The translations under genes and the position numbers were made by a program. From NCBI GenBank assembly GCA_021812145.1, contig JAKAOM010000001.1:21898-85897 (forward strand): a stretch of DNA of 64,000 nucleotides, written 5' to 3'. Source of the stretch: Candidatus Micrarchaeota archaeon. GTDB lineage: Archaea > Micrarchaeota > Micrarchaeia > Norongarragalinales > UBA8480. Below, in pieces: positions 62,591 through 64,000 of the stretch. Each line of letters starts with the position of its first letter. Positions within the stretch are counted from its first letter, which is position 1. The notes beneath the pieces were generated by a model, which was not told where the DNA came from, made no database searches, and saw only the letters and a list, made by a program, of their open reading frames with translations.

Positions 62591-63664
62591 TTAGAGAAAG
62601 TCAATTTCTCCTACGTCGAAGTCGTTTCTTTTTTGTTTGTCCTGCTTTACCTGTTTTCCAAGCATGTACGGACTTTTGATTCCTGTGAAGATTGCTATTG
62701 CTTCCAGTTTTCCTTCGAATGCCGGGTCTACTCTAGCGCCCCATATTACGCTTGCGTTAGGGTCTACTCTTTCTGTAAGCATTTCTCCCACTTGGTTGCA
62801 TTCTCCAAGAGTCATGTCGCTTCCTCCGGTTATGTGTATAAGCACTCCGGTTGCTCCGGTGTAGTCTACGTCTAGTAGGGCGTGGTTGAGTGTGTTTTCC
62901 ACTACTTCCTTTACTCTGTTTGTTCCTTTTGACTCGCCTACTGCTATCATTGAAACTCCCCCGTTGCTCATAACCGCTTTGACGTCTGCGAAGTCAAGGT
63001 TTATGAGGCTTGGTGTGGTGATTGTTTCTGTTATTCCTCTCACCGCTCTTGCTATGACCTCGTCTGCCACATTGAACGCCTGGTCTATTGGCAGGTTTGG
63101 AACTAACTGCACTAGCCTGTTGTTGTCTATTACGATTATCGTGTCCGACTGGTTTTTGAGGTTTTCTAGTGCCGCGTCTGCTTTTTCCAATCTAGCTCTT
63201 TCAAGTGCGAACGGGTAGGTTACTATTGATATTACGATAGCTCCTTGCTTTTTAGCTATTTCAGCTATTACTGGCGCGCTTCCGCTTCCAGTTCCTCCTC
63301 CCATTCCTGCTGTAAGGAATATCAAGTCGGCGTTTGACAGTATTTTTTCCAGCGCGTCTCTTGAAACGTCTGCTGCTTTCATTCCGATTTCAGGGTAGCC
63401 TCCTGCTCCGAGTCCTCTGGTAATGCTAGCTCCTATTAGAACTTTTTTAACGCTTTCAGATATTGTTGTTAAGTGCAGTCTGTCGGTGTTTATAGCAACC
63501 ATGTCTGCTCCTTTAATTCCCATTCTAGCTAGTCTGTTGACTGAGTTGCACCCTCCACCTCCTGTTCCTATAACCATTATTTTAGGGGTTTCAAAAAAAT
63601 CCTCCCTTTCTTTTTTGTTGGGAGTGCTTCTGCTTCTAAGGGCTTCTCCTACTATATCCTCCAT
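62591..63664 (-). CDS. ftsZ: cell division protein FtsZ
   Basis: GTGGGGCNSVNRL, tubulin signature LTAGMGGGTGSGSAP. Confidence 0.9.
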   Translation of the reverse strand: MEDIVGEALRSRSTPNKKEREDFFETPKIMVIGTGGGGCNSVNRLARMGIKGADMVAINTDRLHLTTISESVKKVLIGASITRGLGAGGYPEIGMKAADVSRDALEKILSNADLIFLTAGMGGGTGSGSAPVIAEIAKKQGAIVISIVTYPFALERARLEKADAALENLKNQSDTIIVIDNNRLVQLVPNLPIDQAFNVADEVIARAVRGITETITTPSLINLDFADVKAVMSNGGVSMIAVGESKGTNRVKEVVENTLNHALLDVDYTGATGVLIHITGGSDMTLGECNQVGEMLTERVDPNASVIWGARVDPAFEGKLEAIAIFTGIKSPYMLGKQVKQDKQKRNDFDVGEIDFL

Positions 63665-64000
63665 TTTTTCATTTCACCTTGAAAATTTAACTATTTTGCT
63701 TATTCCTTTGCTTGTTTTGTTTTTAATTCTTTCGCTTTGCCTGTTTTTTAGTTGGTTTTGTTTGAATCCATTTTGAATGTTTGTTTTTGAATTTCTTTGA
63801 TTGTTATTGCAGTAGAATTTTAATTTCAATGTTGTTTTTTTATGCTTCGAATGTTCTTTTAAAAGTTTTTTTTTTAAAAGACATGCGTTGTCAAATGCCT
63901 TTTATGCTTCTTGAATAAATCCTCTGATAGAAAAGGTTAAAATTAAGTGAATTCATTTTTAATGCTTGGTTTTCAGGATAGTCGGGGGGTTAAGGGTCCC

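Noticed and set aside
1-64000. Search for rRNA genes, CRISPR arrays and IS elements with terminal inverted repeats
   Set aside because: No rRNA-like conserved stretches, no regularly spaced direct repeats with unique spacers, and no transposase-like ORFs were seen

Overview
This looks like a low-GC archaeal chromosome segment with T-rich coding strands and archaeal-specific ribosomal proteins L40e, S17e and L10e. It also carries tRNAs with introns at non-canonical positions, FtsZ, SMC, PEP synthase and class II FBA, which suggests a small-genome DPANN-like archaeon. I cannot confirm the lineage from sequence alone. The first ~49 kb is dominated by cell-surface and accessory functions. (1) At 0.2-14.3 kb a type-IV-pilus-like module (FlaJ/TadC platform plus 5-6 tandem prepilin-like genes) is followed by a KE-rich membrane protein with a zinc ribbon, a 1249-aa secreted Ser/Thr-rich surface protein and a secreted SLT-type lytic transglycosylase, with CDP-archaeol synthase, a possible archaeosortase-like protein and a VapBC pair upstream. 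(2) A tRNA/TA/housekeeping patch contains two nearly identical intron-containing tRNA-Leu copies as direct repeats flanking a DUF4143 AAA ATPase. (3) A GspE/VirB11/FlaI-superfamily secretion ATPase is interrupted by a ~512-aa LAGLIDADG intein. (4) A ~15-kb glycan-biosynthesis island (GT2/GT4/GT9 glycosyltransferases, four SAM methyltransferases, a B12-binding radical SAM enzyme, polytopic GT-C-like membrane proteins) sits next to three heavily sequon-decorated surface proteins and a DPM-synthase/GT-C pair. The last ~14 kb is core genome: FKBP, SAMP+NcsA tRNA thiolation pair, S17e, tRNA-Gln with a D-loop intron, SMC, L10e, GT4, PpsA, a RelA/SpoT-family alarmone synthetase, FBA and FtsZ. No CRISPR array or rRNA was found. 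Lineage and host context are inferences.
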